From Adineta vaga (taxonomy: Eukaryota; Animalia; Rotifera), in contig CP075496.1 in assembly GCA_021613535.1 (NCBI GenBank), forward strand, positions 6,324,001-6,388,000: 64,000 nucleotides of DNA, written 5' to 3'. The translations under genes and the position numbers were made by a program. This document shows, one piece after another, positions 62,152 through 64,000 of the stretch (positions within the stretch are counted from its first letter, which is position 1; each line of letters begins with the position of its first letter). The notes under the pieces are model-generated. The model worked only from the letters and a program-made list of their open reading frames with translations, was not told where the DNA came from and searched no databases.

Positions 62152-64000
62152 CTATTTCAATGGTTCAATAAGAATCTAAAACAAATTAAGATTGAATGAA
62201 ATAAATTCTTTTTCATTCTCTTTTTTTATTTAAATCCTATTTTCAAGATTTTATCATTTCTTATCATAGGAAAATTTGTAATTTTTTCGTAGTAACTTAA
62301 TAAAAACTTTTTTTTATGATATCTTAAAGTTCCTTTCATGTTAAGTCATAAATTGGTTTATGAGTTTGTACGTACTAACAATCAATGATGACATAAAATA
62401 AGTCACGTCTCTTTTAAAGACAACTCATGTATATCATACCTCATTAAGTATCACCCATGCGTCTGATTTAGAGTGTATTTTTAAGCGAATATTAGATATA
62501 GCTCCAAATGCTTTATCAATCGATGCTTCAGCAATACCAGTATCATGTGCAAAACGTGCCACTGTATAAAATCCATCATTATCTTTCACATAGACTATAT
62601 TATCTTTTGGTTGTACATAAGGTTGTAAATCAACGGTTGTATTGAAAAATTTATCTCCAGGATGTTCAGGATTACCCGATTTGAAATAAATTCTATAAAG
62701 AAATGGAACTATTCTGTTTTCAATATCTAAATGATTTTTTTTCTTCTTCTATTACCTTAATAATGAGATTGGTGGATCATATTTAAAGAGAATTGTATCA
62801 TCTTTTTTCGGTTGTAATGCCCAAAAGAAATTTTGTCCCGCATAACAACTTACTAATGTATGTTTATCATAGCTTTTCAAAGATGAAACAATAGATGAAA
62901 CTGGTGGATTCTCATGTGCTTTGAATAATTTAACATTTTTACCAAAATCTTTATCTTTCAGTTTTTGTATTTTGCCTTTTAATGATGAATAAATTCCAAT
63001 ATGTTGAAATAGAGATGGACGAAAACGAAACCGATGTAAACCTTTTGTTCGTGTACATGATTGCACATCGACACCAAAAGAACAATATTTAGTATCTTGA
63101 TAACTAAAAATATGTATGATAATTAGATTCATGAGTACAAGAATATTTACTTACTATTCAAGTAACCAATCAATAGGTTTATCAGCAGAAAACATCAGGA
63201 AGAAATTAACGAGTGCATTAAGCTCTGCCGTATGAAACATTTTACCAATAAAACCTTGAAAAAGAATGAAGAAATGAATTATTTTAATTCCCAAATAAAT
63301 AAACAAAAGAAAATAACGTATTGAAATCATTTATTATTCCACATTCATTTTACTGTTAAATTATTAATCAAATATATGACTGGTCACTCTCGCATAAAAC
63401 TAACACATGATTAGTTTGTCAAGGACCCTTATATCAAGTAGAGAACATTATTAAGTGATGTAAAAGAAATCTTACTACTCAAATAAACTTATTGATGCAT
63501 ATTCTCTCGCTAAACAAGAACATTAATTAATGAACATCAATAGAAAAACCCATGTGAATAACATTTGAATATATTTGACGAGTCATATGAACAGCTCACG
63601 GACACAAAAAAAAAAAGAATGCAAATCTATTCTGGAAGAACATAATATCTTCTCTCATTGAATTATTTCTTTCGTGACTAAATATTATTGATTGTTTACC
63701 TTAATGTCATTCCAATTCCAATGTGATTTATTTACAATATTCTATCAATCGTAGCTCTAATTCAAATTTCGACATTTTTACAAACTCTATTGACGCTTTA
63801 TCTGTAAGTCAATAAGATTAATACTCGTAAGATAAAAAGAAAAGATTGTCAATTATAAATTACCTAAACTCGAAAATTCCAACATGAACCATTCCGGATC
63901 TTTTTGTTTTTTAATAAAGTTTTCAATAATTTGAATGTAACCTGGTTTGGTAACGACATCATCTTCTAATTGTATGTAATATTTTCCTCGAATGGATGAA
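62152..64000 (-). CDS. MGAT4: Alpha-1,3-mannosyl-glycoprotein 4-beta-GlcNAc transferase (GT54), 5' part outside the window
   Basis: [17 protein letters not shown]|[56 protein letters not shown]|I. Confidence 0.93.

Overview
AT-rich eukaryotic genomic DNA, dense in genes, with many short (~50-70 nt) GT-AG introns. The core genes are metazoan and sit beside intron-poor genes that look foreign; together this suggests a bdelloid rotifer (inference). About 23 protein-coding genes are supported: an orphan ORF, SNX3, a fungal-like MFS transporter, a myristoylated PDZ-ZZ-ZZ kinase, a vWA protein, a HAD-IIA phosphatase, a globin missed by the ORF track, leishmanolysin, an O-methyltransferase, a KDEL receptor, a catalase-like protein, a DUF1647 protein, HBS1L, TEX264, RFC5, a Cys-rich GPI protein, CBP/p300, PITHD1, CWC27, GALE, neurobeachin, INTS7 and a 5'-truncated MGAT4. 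Four observations stand out. (1) Operon-like same-strand clusters (HBS1L-TEX264-RFC5; NBEA-GALE-CWC27-PITHD1; OMT-LMLN; perhaps MGAT4-INTS7) have poly(A) signal, U-rich spacer and unpaired splice acceptor at the junctions, suggesting polycistronic transcripts resolved by SL trans-splicing. (2) An N-acylated globin keeps the canonical B12.2/G7.0 introns but has lost both heme histidines. (3) An intact catalase has its distal catalytic His replaced by Tyr. (4) A neurobeachin exon carries a 1-nt frameshift. No rRNA, tRNA, CRISPR or transposase was recognised. All family assignments come from manual translation and recalled motifs; no database search was run.
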